The notes under the pieces are model-generated. The model was given only the letters and a program-made list of their open reading frames with translations. It was not told the DNA's origin and did not search any database. A stretch of 61,494 nucleotides of DNA, filler included, from Circinaria calcarea (Eukaryota), in the NCBI GenBank assembly GCA_051942165.1. It is 20 parts of 20 records of this genome, joined end to end, with 100 filler letters (N's around TTAATTAATTAA, not from the genome) between each part and the next. Parts side by side here need not be neighbours in the genome. Positions count along the whole stretch, not along the records: positions 37,012 to 39,987 come from JAVECS010003131.1; positions 40,088 to 43,062 come from JAVECS010003132.1; positions 43,163 to 46,137 come from JAVECS010003133.1; positions 46,238 to 49,210 come from JAVECS010003134.1; positions 49,311 to 52,282 come from JAVECS010003135.1; 15 more parts are not named here. One strand, written 5' to 3'. This document shows, in pieces, positions 38,864 to 50,589 of the stretch (position 1 is the first letter of the stretch; the number at the start of each line of letters is the position of its first letter). Made by a program: the position numbers and the translations under genes.

Positions 38864-39987
38864 ATGTTGTTCTCCAATACCATCTTCCTGGCAGCCGCCA
38901 CCTTCTCCGCTCTGATCACTGCAGCACCAACAGAAGTGGCGAAGCTCGCTACACCACTGTCTGTTAGTGTGTCGCCAGCTGGCAATGCCATGATCAAGGT
39001 AACAATGACCAATGTCGGTGCAACGGACCTCTCTCTCTACAAATATGGTACAATCATGGAAGCTGGCCCGGTTCAGAAGGTTATGGTGCTTAAAAACGGT
39101 GCCGTTTTGCAGCATGAAGGTATCCTTCGACGTTATCTAACCAAAGATTTGACCGCCGACGCCTTTACCACCCTTGCTGCAGGAAAAAGTGTTTCTGAGG
39201 TCATTGACCTTGCATCCGTTGCGGATCTGTCCGCTGGAGGGGTCTATGAGGTTGTTGCTACAGGAGCAATCCCACTGGCCGCTGCAGGCACCACCACTCT
39301 CTCGGGTCAGGCCGTTACCTATAACAGTAACAAGCTTTCCATTATGGTCGACGGTGCTGCTGCCGCTAAAGTCGGAAAAGCTGTTAAAGCTCTGGTCGAC
39401 AGAACCCTCCTTACGTCGTGCAGTGGAACCCCGAATACTGCCACCCGAGCGGCTTTAGCAAATGCAGTTTCACTTGCCAACAACGCTGCCAACGCTGCCG
39501 CATCCGGCTCGGCAACTAAGTTTAACGAGTACTTCAAGACTACCTCCCAGACTACCAGAAATACTGTCGCTGCTCGTTTGAGGGCTATTGCGAGGGAGGC
39601 TGGATCCGTCACTAGTGGAAACACTCGATACTACTGTACTGATGTATATGGTTATTGCAGGTCGGGGTAGGTTATCATAGCTGATGCTCTCCAACGGGTT
39701 TAGATCTAACGCAAGGGCTAGTGTTCTTGCATATACTCTCCCATCCCAAAACGTTATTGCAAATGTGAGTCTTGAACCCTTCCCGTACTCTATTTATCTA
39801 ATAATCCATCCAGTGCCCACTCTATTACAGCGGCCTTCCGTCCCTGACCAGAACCTGCCATGCTCAGGATCAAGCCACGACCAGTTTGCATGAGTTTACT
39901 CATGCACCGGGCACATTTGTTAGTCTTCCTCTCATCTATTATCTGTATCTCATGTTTCAAGAGTTTAGTTTGACAACGTAACTTGTG
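38864..39987 (+). CDS. Deuterolysin / neutral protease 2 (peptidase M35), 3'-truncated
   Basis: Signal peptide, prodomain, mature region FNEYFKT...[18 protein letters not shown] and zinc motif [13 protein letters not shown] (~39870-39910). Confidence 0.93.
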
Positions 39988-40974
39988 NNNNNNNNNNNNN
40001 NNNNNNNNNNNNNNNNNNNNNNNNNNNNNNNTTAATTAATTAANNNNNNNNNNNNNNNNNNNNNNNNNNNNNNNNNNNNNNNNNNNNTCGAAGATTTATG
40101 CGCTCGGTGCTAGAGAATTAAACTCCTACGCGAAAGGAGAGAAGCAGGGAATGGGAATAGGAATGGGTGGAGGAGTGCTGAGCCAGTGGTGAGCAGGGTG
40201 CAAGGCAAATACCGCAAGAACTAGTCAAGGAAGCATATTTCACTAGCCACGCCAATCGTCCAAACAACATCCGATTTGAGGGCGTCCAACAGCAGAGCCT
40301 GTTTATTATGTCATTCAGTGCAAGCCAACTCAAAAACAGACATAATCAAGTACAAGATTACAAAAGCACTCAAGGTCGTACTGAAGGATGATTCTTTTGT
40401 AAAATTCCAAACTACAGATTTGGAAAGTCACCTTTTCCAATGCCGTATCTCGGGCCGATTAAGCATACATTTTTACTTGCCCCCTATGGTTGCAAAATCA
40501 AACCCTTTCCAAGCCATTGAATCCCCTCCCCTCCAGATTAACATACTGTCCACTCCAGCACACATTACCGTCCCACCGGCGCTTTCTGCCATATCGCAAC
40601 CACAGTTCCTCCATAAAATAGTCCCGATTCCCTCCGCTAGAAGACCCCTGCACTAATTTCAGGCCTAGAGATATCCTCCTTCACGGACTACCGGACCACA
40701 CAATCCCAACCCCAACAACAACAAGCACCAATTCTATAACCCTGGGACTTCCGGGAGTTTACTCCGGAGTAGAAGGTTCGAGATGTACCGGGAAGATAGG
40801 AGAAGTTCTAGGTCTTGAGAAAAGATTAGAAGGTTCTCGATATACCCAGAAGACTGAAGTAAGTTCTAGCCATACCAGGAAAAAAGTAGATGCTTTTGTT
40901 ATGCATCTTGTCTTATCCCGTAAATTCGTACCAGCCCGAGAAGAACCCTTCAAGTAAACCTTCCGGTAGCACAT

Positions 40975-42426
40975 CTAGGACGTCCTCACTTTCAGTTCTT
41001 TACATTGCCTGAGGGGTTGCATTCTATTTGAGTTACCCTGCCGGTTCAAGGAACGCGGTTTCAACGGCGTACCCGAAGAAGTTCCAGGAATATCTAAAGA
41101 GATTTCCCGGGGGTCGGCGATAACGTCATCTGTTTGTGGCTCCTTTCTAGGACGTCCTCGCTTTCGTTTCGGTAAATCGTCTGGGGGGCTCAGGGAAGGC
41201 TTTCGCTTTTTATTTGAGCTACCTTGCCGGTTTGAGGAGTAAGGTTCTAACAGCGCACCCGAAGGATTTCCAGGCATGTTTAAAGTTGTTTCCGGCAGTT
41301 CAGAGATTTCCTCACCTATTTCTAGCCTCGCCGTCGTCCCTGCATCTGCTTTGTTCAACCGGAGTGCACGTAAATCGATATACTCAGGATCGAATTGGAT
41401 TTCGCTGTCGAAACACGCGTTCAAGTCGGCCAAAACACTGTTCTTATGGGAGGTAAGTCCAAATAGATGAATATTATTGATTTTTTGGCATAAGCCCTTC
41501 AAGTCTGACTCCTCGGTGATATCGTATGGTCTTATTGGGTGCATATTATAACCAATTAAACCAGCTAGATTCTTTTGTGTATTATCGAAAGACATTTTCC
41601 AAATCGTAATACGTGGACCGCAGCATGTTAGGATAAAGATACAGAGATCGTCGTATTTAGTGTTGTTTAACATCACACGTAACTTCAACCTCTCTAATAA
41701 CAGCATCGCTGCTAAAAGCGCCGTTGGCTGCTTAGCCTCTGTTTCTTTGTCCTTGGTAGGCTTGCTTTCCACGAGAAGATATGGAGGATATACGTCGTGA
41801 TCGGAAAGATTCCGAATGGCAGGAAACTTTCCGCCGGTAACAAATACGTCCTCGCTGCATGGATACGCTCTTGCAGCAAAGATCATATCCGGAATAATAG
41901 AACGGCGGCTTTCCGGAATTTCCTTTTCCGTATCTTCTATCGATGGTGGGAAGCTATTTGCCGACTGGCGACGCTGCTGTTTATCAATTTGTTCAGGGGG
42001 AAGCAAGTTTTTACCGTCCCGGGAAATTAGCGAGATTATGGGCTTAAGCTTTCGCTGAAGTCCAATATCAATAAAATCCAGATCCTGAATTTTAAATGAT
42101 ATATCAGGTTTGGTTTTTTCCTGCGGGGTTGTATCTTCTCGTAAAAACTTCGAGTAGATTTTGGACTCCCATTCAGCCTCATTTTCACCACGATGTTCAT
42201 ACGTTTTGACCATTGACACAAGACGCTTAAGAAATGTCGTATTAGTCCAATCGACGTAGAATGAACCGAGATTACCCCGCGTAGGCGTATTATCAAGCTC
42301 CGAATACTTATCAGTTATATCCAAACTCTCAAATATCCTGATTTTCTTGGGCCTTAGATAACTGTTGTTATACGAGGCTGAGCCCTTCGTGTATGCGGCC
42401 GAGGAAGGTATTGTTTTCGATTTCAT
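40975..42426 (-). CDS. Hypothetical protein with PD-(D/E)XK-like motifs and a C-terminal AT-hook; frame open upstream to ~42587
   Basis: IIPDMIF...PPYLLVESK...EAKQ...IFILTCCGPRITIW; KRKRGRPRK. Confidence 0.6.
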   Translation of the reverse strand: MKSKTIPSSAAYTKGSASYNNSYLRPKKIRIFESLDITDKYSELDNTPTRGNLGSFYVDWTNTTFLKRLVSMVKTYEHRGENEAEWESKIYSKFLREDTTPQEKTKPDISFKIQDLDFIDIGLQRKLKPIISLISRDGKNLLPPEQIDKQQRRQSANSFPPSIEDTEKEIPESRRSIIPDMIFAARAYPCSEDVFVTGGKFPAIRNLSDHDVYPPYLLVESKPTKDKETEAKQPTALLAAMLLLERLKLRVMLNNTKYDDLCIFILTCCGPRITIWKMSFDNTQKNLAGLIGYNMHPIRPYDITEESDLKGLCQKINNIHLFGLTSHKNSVLADLNACFDSEIQFDPEYIDLRALRLNKADAGTTARLEIGEEISELPETTLNMPGNPSGALLEPYSSNRQGSSNKKRKPSLSPPDDLPKRKRGRPRKEPQTDDVIADPREISLDIPGTSSGTPLKPRSLNRQGNSNRMQPLRQCKELKVRTS

Positions 42427-43162
42427 ATCATCGGTGGTAAGCGTCGAATAATTCCTAACGTCTTCCCAAATGCCTTTGATAAAGGTGGGATCAGTTTCGA
42501 AAGGAGGCTCGACGGAAGATTGCTCGACAGGAGATCGCTGGATATAAGATCGTAATCGCCGTTTGCCCTGTCGCTGGCTTTGTACCTATAAGCATAAAGT
42601 CTAGAGCGTAGTGATCTAGGGGCGTGAAAAGTTCTTACCTTGGAGAATAAAAACTTCGATCTCTTAACACAGGATATTGATTTTCCTTTGAGGCTGCAAG
42701 ATGAAAATGCTTTATGGGGCGAACATTATTGTTTCCTTGCCGGTCAGTGGAATCAGCTATAATAACTTTAGGCATCTTGAAAAGCGCGCTGAGTAGAAAC
42801 CCTTTGGACTGCAACTGTACTATCAAGTATGTTTATTTACAACTGAAATCAACAACTCCAAGTCAGACAGAGGACGCTACGGCGGAGACGGCGTCTTCTC
42901 TCCGATAGATCAACAACTCCAATTCTGAAGTTTCGGATAAAATCTTCATATTGCCGGGCCGTCGTTTCCAACCAGCTCCGAAATCTGTCCACTTCTGAAG
43001 CATCGTGTTTAAAGACGGACTTTTCTTGCCAGCAGAACAGCCGCGGACAACACCCTCAATAANNNNNNNNNNNNNNNNNNNNNNNNNNNNNNNNNNNNNN
43101 NNNNNNTTAATTAATTAANNNNNNNNNNNNNNNNNNNNNNNNNNNNNNNNNNNNNNNNNNNN

Positions 43163-43571
43163 ATATTGTAGATGGTGTAGAATTTTCCAAACATGAGCTG
43201 GAAAGCGCAGGTGGTGAGAAGGTAGGCCGAGGCATACCATCCAACATCATTGAGGGAGTCAAACTGCGTCGTGATCCTTGGGATAGCGGTTGCGATGATC
43301 GTGTTATCCTACATGATGGTTAAGCATGAGGATTTGGGCTGCCACTTTGGAAACTCACCAAGGCAACAAGGAAGACTGCCAGACACAGAGAGGTACAGAC
43401 GACAAAGAGCTTCAGACCATGGGGATACTCTACGACTTCATCATCCATGCCTTCAAGTCTCATCGTCTCTAGCTTCTCTGCGCCATGAGTACTGCCGCTC
43501 AGCGAAGGAGAAGTAGACTCTCGGATCCTCTCAGGCATCGTCGTGGTGTCCATATTCGGAAGAACTTCCAT
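43163..43571 (-). CDS. MFS drug/toxin efflux transporter (14-TM DHA2 type), N-terminus
   Basis: EYPHGLKL...[46 protein letters not shown]. Confidence 0.9.
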
Positions 43572-44865
43572 ACCTGAATAAGTGAGAGGGAAAGTAAAAG
43601 GAAGTAAGGAGAAGTTTGGAGATTCCAGGAAAGTGAGAAATATCGAATATCTGCCTGCGGCTGATCCAAAATCTTACGCTGGAGAGTGGGGTACTTCAGG
43701 CTGATATAGGAACATGTAAATTGAGAAAAATTCAGTAGCCGCCAATGCGAGTCCTTTCAGTGCGCCACGTTAGAGCTATCCAGACATGAGATTCCAAAAA
43801 CATCCCTGATGCATAGTTCCAAAAGGCTCTAATTGTCTCCGTTGTCTTGGGTGATTGTTCATCGTGGTGAGATCCCACTCTAATTCCCGGTTGGATAGGC
43901 CATTCACATTAGCAATCCCACCTGTCTGCACGTCAATCTAAGCTCGTCTCTACATCTCAGCCCAGCTGAAACATCATTCGCCCCGAAAGCTGGGGCCCCC
44001 GCTTCGGGTTTTCGGTCTTTCGGTCTTTTGGGAATCCTGTGGAAAATGATTGGGCAGTAGTGATTCCATCTGATGACAGCTTGCAGATGGATGCCCTTGA
44101 GGATAGGGGACGAGGGAAGGAATACCTCCTAGCTCACCGGGAATGACATATATTCGATCCTTTGGGTTTCTTTGACCTCTTTTGCTTAATCTTTGGCTAT
44201 ACACTGTCCTGTTCTCCGTCTCTCAGGACAGTTTCACTCCACCAAATTGGTCTGTTGACCGACTGTAGGGTCTTGGGTTACAAAAATAAGCGCGTACCTC
44301 AGCCTTGACTAGCTTCCTCCGAATTTCGAAGCCGGGTTACGTATTATAAATTACCTGTTACTGCGTAGCGCGAATACCGAAGCGACCGTAAATGCATCTG
44401 CAGGGGTATGTTATCCGCCGTCTGATGTGACTTGCATATTGCTAAGGTGGGAGGGAGGGGATTAAATCGGCGATCCTGGGATTAGCTCGACACGGTTGAT
44501 ACGAAGTGGCGCGTTCTTAGTTTCCGCCTTATACTGTTACCGGCATTCTACCACACCTGACGGACCTTGTTCATATATACCTTAGAATATAGAATGTGTT
44601 TCTGTGCTTTCACACAGGTTATTACTGCGTAGATATCATACTTGTCGAAGCTTTGGGTTGGGGGAAACCAAGACAATTTTTGCAGGCAATCTGTATATCT
44701 ACTGTCTATCTAATAGTGTCGATGTTGCTTGTTGGTTCCCTCAAAAGCATGGAATCCCCACCCCCGTACTTGAACACATTCGCCCCCTTGCCATGGCCCT
44801 CGATTCATTAGCCACCTCCAGAGACCTCCCTCACCACCATTCCCGAGTCCCATTTCTTCTCCGTC

Positions 44866-45510
44866 TTAACAAGATAGGCTAGCGTAAGTGCAAAGCGCAA
44901 ATCCCGTGCCCGTGAAAACTCCCCTTAACAGATTAAGCCAATACCACCACCCGACCAACTCATGCACCCCATCCATCTTCACATCCACCGCTTCCCCCTT
45001 CCCTCCGCCCCTCTTCTCGACCTCCACTGCTTTCTTCATCAGCGTCCCGTTCACATTTCTCATCACGACCAGCGTCCACGGCACGATCGCAATGGTGATA
45101 GCCGCCGCTACAGCATACAGGGTGGAGCAGGGGTGTACCGGGTTGACGGGAGAGTTGCGGAGTGTGTAGGCGAGATAGGAGTTTGCGAGGCAGGACGTTA
45201 GGGCGATTGGTGGTGCGGTTCTGGCGCCTTGAAGGTACATTTTTCGCCATTGTAGGGCAAGGAGGGAGGCCGGGGAGGTCATGAGGACGGGGACGACGCC
45301 ATACGAGATGTAGAGGATGCCACCTGAGTGGTTGGGGAGAAGTTAGTTTGCCGGAAAGACCTGGGTTTGACTTAAAGACTTACCAGTGACCACTGTAGAT
45401 GTGAAGTTAAAAATAGTCTCTCGGTACAAGTTTGCAAAGAGACTTGGTCACTTACCACCAGACGTGAGGATACCCACCCATTGGGCGATGAAAACAGAAG
45501 AGTCCACCAT
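44866..45510 (-). CDS. DUF1772 / anthrone-oxygenase-like membrane protein with a 9-nt microexon
   Basis: MVDSSVFIAQWVGILTSG/VVT/GGILYISYGVVP...QWRKMY...IVPWTLVVMRNVNGTL...LVGWWYWLNLLRG. Confidence 0.8.
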
Positions 45511-46237
45511 TACGGATAGGTTAAAAGAGGAAGGGGTAGTTTGGTGAAGCTCAGGACTCAGGAGCCTTTGCAGTGAGAAAACGATCAATGGGGCCGGTTT
45601 TGCGGGTAAGACTTAGAGTAGGAATTTTCGAACTCTAGTAGACAGGGCACTGGGGAAAGACGGTCTTTTAAATATATTTGCACTGAAGGAAATAATTACT
45701 CAAATGCAACTCCAAGCAGTATGGTTGCAGCGTAGTACTCTTAAAGTAGAATCGGTGCTTTTGGTGCTTTGGAAGCGACTAAATTGCAGATCGAAGTGGA
45801 GAAGTTTTAGGTGAAGAGCTAGCGGAAGGAAAGGGGTGACTCGGGTTATGTTAGAGGTTACGGACGAGGGAATATGGTTGACATCAGGGGAAGCTTGTTG
45901 AAAGGCGAAGTTTAACATTTGAAGAAAAGAGCTTGTTACTATCGCCGAGTTGTTTGGAAACCAAGGGTTGAAGTAATATAACTACATCTTGATACAAAAC
46001 GGTTCGAGGAACTTGATATTATATTGCTATTCTACTACCGTGTTACTTTGCAAGTCCAAAGTCTATATAAGTCTAAAGCGTTTTGCCAGTTTTGCCTTAC
46101 ACTTCTATTGAGTCAGTTCTGGACTTCTAATAAATCCNNNNNNNNNNNNNNNNNNNNNNNNNNNNNNNNNNNNNNNNNNNNTTAATTAATTAANNNNNNN
46201 NNNNNNNNNNNNNNNNNNNNNNNNNNNNNNNNNNNNN

Positions 46238-47753
46238 GGGTTATGGGGATGGTCTCGGGAGGAGGGGTTATTGATTGGGTTGGACCAGTTTGGGCCTCCA
46301 AGGTGGCGATGGTGGTGGTAGGCTCGGGACCGAGGGGGAGGAGAGAGGGTGATTCCGAGAGGAGGAGAGGTTCGAGAAGGGGGACGGTGAGATGCTGGGA
46401 GGCTGCCGAGGTGATAGTTTCGGGTAGGTGGAAAGGAGGCGGTGGACCATCAGTAGAGATCTGCCGCGCGGGAGAGGGTATGGTTCGAAAAGTCCCAGTT
46501 GTAGGTGAGAACTCGATCAAAAGCTCCGTATCTTGGGGGTCTTCATCTAGAGTGTAGCGCTCTGGACTCTCCGCTGCAGGTGAAGACAACGGTGTCGTTG
46601 ATCTCTCTGGTGATGGTCGGGTGGCTCCTGGAATATCAGCTGCGATTTCGGCCATTCTCGCCGCGTATTTACCATCGTGAATGTATTCGACCCCTTGGCG
46701 TTCAGCCAGGCGACAGGAGCAGCAGCGGAATTGACATTCCATTTGCAAAAACTCGACGTGAGCCTCTGCCTTGGCGTGGAGCTTCTTCTCAAAGGCCAGC
46801 TCCTGCTTCAGGAGGGTAAGTTCATCTTCCTCTTCCTCGTCTTCTGAGGTCTCGGGATCTAGGTTTTCCTTGCCACTATCCCTTCGAGTTCCTAACCGGA
46901 TTTTCTCGGGTGAGGAGAACTCGTCCGGTTCTTGCAGCCTTGGTAGTAATATCCTACCCTCGGCCGCTATTCTTGCAACCTCCTCTTCCTTTAGATTGGT
47001 ATTCAGAGCATCTCTCTCCTCTTGTGTAACCTTTATCTGCTGTCTGAGGCTTTCCAATTCTTCTTGGACTCCGACAAGCTGATACTGGGCGGTAAATGTT
47101 TCTTTCTCTCGCTCCTCCACCTTTCTCTTCTGCACTTCGACGTCTTCACGCATCAGGGTACAGCGATTTCTGGTGGTTTTCAATTCCTCTTGTAGTTTGA
47201 CGAGTGCACTTGACGATTTGAATGCTTCTTTCCGCGCTCTTCTAACTTCCTTGTCATATAGCGCCTGTGAGTGAGATTGCGTTTCCTTCAACCTCTGCAT
47301 TTCTTCCTGCATTCATATTCACGTCAGCGAATCGCTATTCAAGATGTACAAGTATCCAAAGTGTCTCACCATGACACTTTCAACCCTTTCGCCCACCCTT
47401 CTCTCCCTACTTCGCCCTTCTTCAATCTCCTTCTTCAGTAACTTATTCTCCTCCTTTAACCGTTTCGTTTCACTCTCCGCCTCCTCCCTTCCAACAACTG
47501 CCCTTCGTAGCGCGGCTTCATTGTCCTTCCTTCGCTGTATAGCCTCTTTGCTGAGATTATTGAATTGTGCAACTTTTCCTTGAACATCTGACGACGCTTT
47601 CGTAGGACTTATGGAGAATGGATCCTGAAGGCTTGTGGAAAGTCCTGACGGTAAGGAAGGTGACTGAGGTAGGTGTTGTCGATTCACGCGCTCGGGGGAG
47701 ACGGGGAAGAGGGGAAAACCCGGAGACGGAGGTACCTTGAAGAATGGATCCAT
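46238..47753 (-). CDS. Fungal coiled-coil protein of unknown function, 3'-truncated
   Basis: Two long ORFs joined by an intron; ALRRAVVGREEAE, YDKEVRRARKEAFKSSS, MECQFRCCSCR. Confidence 0.75.
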
Positions 47754-48204
47754 AGGGGGGATTCTTTCTCCGCGGGATGTGCGCGAGTTGCGTAACAATG
47801 CAGCTTATGGAGAGAATTTAAATTTACTAATCAAAGCTCGATAGCAAAATCATCAATTCGAGGGATTGTTTACGCGATGGGAAAACGTTACAGCTCAGAC
47901 GATCCACTCCGACGCTTCCCGGGCCTAATATCTTCGGTCGTGGTTGGCCCGGCGCCCGATCTTTACTTCAACGTCCCTGCCGTTGAACACAGTCATTCAC
48001 TCCTTCCTGAGTGTAAAGCAGTGTAATAGGTAAGTATGCAGTGAGTTTTACAGAAGCTCTCGTATGATCAATGACAACTGGCATATTTGAAAGCCCTTTC
48101 CAAACAAGTAGCCATCACCTAAAATGCAATCCATCTTACCCAGTAATTCAACAGATCCGCCCGGATGGACGGCACCAAGAGTCCCAAAAAATAATAAAGA
48201 CAAA

Positions 48205-48299
48205 ATATACAACAGCTGATATTCGCTGGTGGTCGCCCGCCCAACTACTAATCAGCCAATCTCAAGCTCATGTATCGCAGAGCAGCCGGGATGCCCAGT
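48205..48299 (-). pseudogene. 5'-truncated, diverged 5S rRNA pseudogene
   Basis: About 95 nt matching the 5S at 14024-14118 with ~10 substitutions; the 5' ~24 nt are missing. Confidence 0.85.
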
Positions 48300-48959
48300 G
48301 ACTCTCCGTCCTACTGCTGCACGTGCAACACAACCAAAACTGCTTTGCGTATTCTAAGCTTGGGAAGCCACCAATCAAGAAGTAAGCTGAAGATAACATA
48401 TGCATGCTGTTCACTGCTTGATATAGAGAACAGAAATTGAGAATTTTCCCGGAAAAGAGACGGAGAGAAGCCAACTTCCCTCCTCCCCAAGGAAGAGAGA
48501 ATCGATTTTGCAGAAAAAAGTATGCTAAATCCCACCATTGGCTCTGGCTCCCCCGCTCCCCATTCCCTTTTCTCAAGCCGCCTCGTCGACGAGGCTTCCG
48601 GGAACATCAAGAGGATTAATAATTAAAAGCAAGCTCTCGCTATATGGGGAACAAGACTAATACTACGGGTTAAAACCCTGAAGATTTTACCGTGTAGTAA
48701 TAGGGGGCCGGTTGTTAGATGGGTTGCAGCTTTGCGTGGTTTTATACATTCTTTTCAACTAAACTTCTTTATATTCGGGGTTGTTTGTAGTTGGACGAGT
48801 TGGGGTTCCAGTGTGAGAGGTTTCTGCAGTTTTAGATTATTGGTTTTTCGACAGCGACTTTTGCCTTGCTGGCAAAGCCGCAATCGTTTATGTGGTTAAT
48901 CAAATAAATAAATCTCACCCGTAAAGACCCAGTGACTCCTAACCCCTGAGGCATATACC

Positions 48960-49210
48960 TGCTCTCTTTTTCCTTCTTTCCCTCCCTCTCCTTCTTTCCC
49001 TTCCTCTCCTTCTTTCCCTCCCTCTCCTTCTTTCCCTCCCTCTCCACTTTTCTCTCTCCTTCTCCTTCTCTCTCCTCTCCTCCGTCTCTCCCTCTGCTTC
49101 TCCCTTCCCCTCTCCCCTTTTCTCCTCCTCTCCTTCTCTCTCCTTCTCCCTCACCCCACACAAGCCAGCAACTCCCACCCCCTCAGCATATCCACCTCCT
49201 ACTCTTCCCC
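48960..49210. repeat. CT-rich low-complexity tract
   Basis: Polypyrimidine run with 18-bp units CCTTCTTTCCCTCCCTCT. Confidence 0.8.
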
Positions 49211-49310
49211 NNNNNNNNNNNNNNNNNNNNNNNNNNNNNNNNNNNNNNNNNNNNTTAATTAATTAANNNNNNNNNNNNNNNNNNNNNNNNNNNNNNNNNN
49301 NNNNNNNNNN

Positions 49311-49563
49311 CAAATCTGCCCGGCAGCGTCAAAAGTTGGAATATGATGAGGCGCTGAAAGAAAGGTACCAGCATATGCCCGAGATCCGAAGAATCAAACG
49401 GCACCGGCATGTACCGAAGCAGGTCAAGAAGGCGGGTGAGATCAAGGGCGAGGAACTCAAGTCGATCAAGAGGCGGAGGGAGAACGAGAGAAAGCATAGT
49501 AAGAAGGGATTAGTAAAACGCAGAAGCGAGCGGGAGAAGATGGTGCTGGCGGTTGAGGGATAG
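49311..49563 (+). CDS. SOF1: Sof1/DCAF13 C-terminus (U3 snoRNP protein)
   Basis: LKERYQHMPEIRRIKRHRHVPK...RRRENERKHS. Confidence 0.88.
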
Positions 49564-50589
49564 ATGTGTGTAGGGATTTAGGGAAGTACTGATCAGATCA
49601 CCGGAACAAGACGAAGAACGGCCAGCATGAGGATGCCGAGAGGAGAGGTATATTCTTACTGCGTCCGGGGCCATGGGGCTTCAGCCGGCAAACGAACGCT
49701 GACATTCTCACCAGCGACCTATTGATTATGATGTTCCGACAAATGGTTTCCCCTTTTCGGCTTGGCTTTCTTGCAATCGACGTGTCTCATCTCGGCATCC
49801 TTCTCTGTGCTTTGCCACAAGGAAGGGTCAGTGCGGTAGACCAAGTGCAGGTTGCTGTCAGGGATGGAAAAGGTGGAGAATTAACATTTGGCGAGGTGGT
49901 GGCAGATCAGCCGACGGGAAAAGCGCGCCAGCAACGTGCAAGATGCAGCTAGGGAAGGAAGGCACGAGTTGATTGGCTTTCACCGTCGCTTCTAGCCGGA
50001 GGAGCCGTTGACCCGGAGCTATCAGTCAGCTGGACCCTTTCCCGTCGGTACCACGGATTAGGCGTATGGTAAGATTACTGTGCACCGTTATGACCCTATG
50101 GAGAGAGTGCCTGTACTATGGAGGGTAACTTGATTGGTTGGGGTGTTGCTAAATCCATAAAAGGCCATACCAAACACGGGGTGAATCCAATGTGCCTCGA
50201 GGACGGACGATGCGAGTACTGTAGATGTGCGATTTCGGATTTCGGGACCTCGGAGTCCCTTTCGCTTCGGTTTCCTGGTACATGTCATCGGCTTTTACGG
50301 AGTACAACCACTCGCATGCATGACTGGATACAAGGAAACCCCATCTCCCCGCGATAGGTAGCTTCTTCCTTTCGTAGGATTCTGCCGACTTGCTGACTCT
50401 GCCTTTATGCATCCTTTCATTATCAGTGACTCATCCGCGATTGACTTTGACTCAAAATCACTCACTCTCACCTCCACCTCTCCATCTTCCTAGTATTTCA
50501 CTTCTGCCTCTCTTCCTTCTCCCATTTTTTCCAATAACTTGGAATCCGTCTATTCACCCTTCCTATCTGTCTTCGTTCCTCTCTTCCAA

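Noticed and set aside
48832..49178. Glu/Arg/Gly-rich ORFs
   Set aside because: Translation of the polypurine strand of a low-complexity tract.
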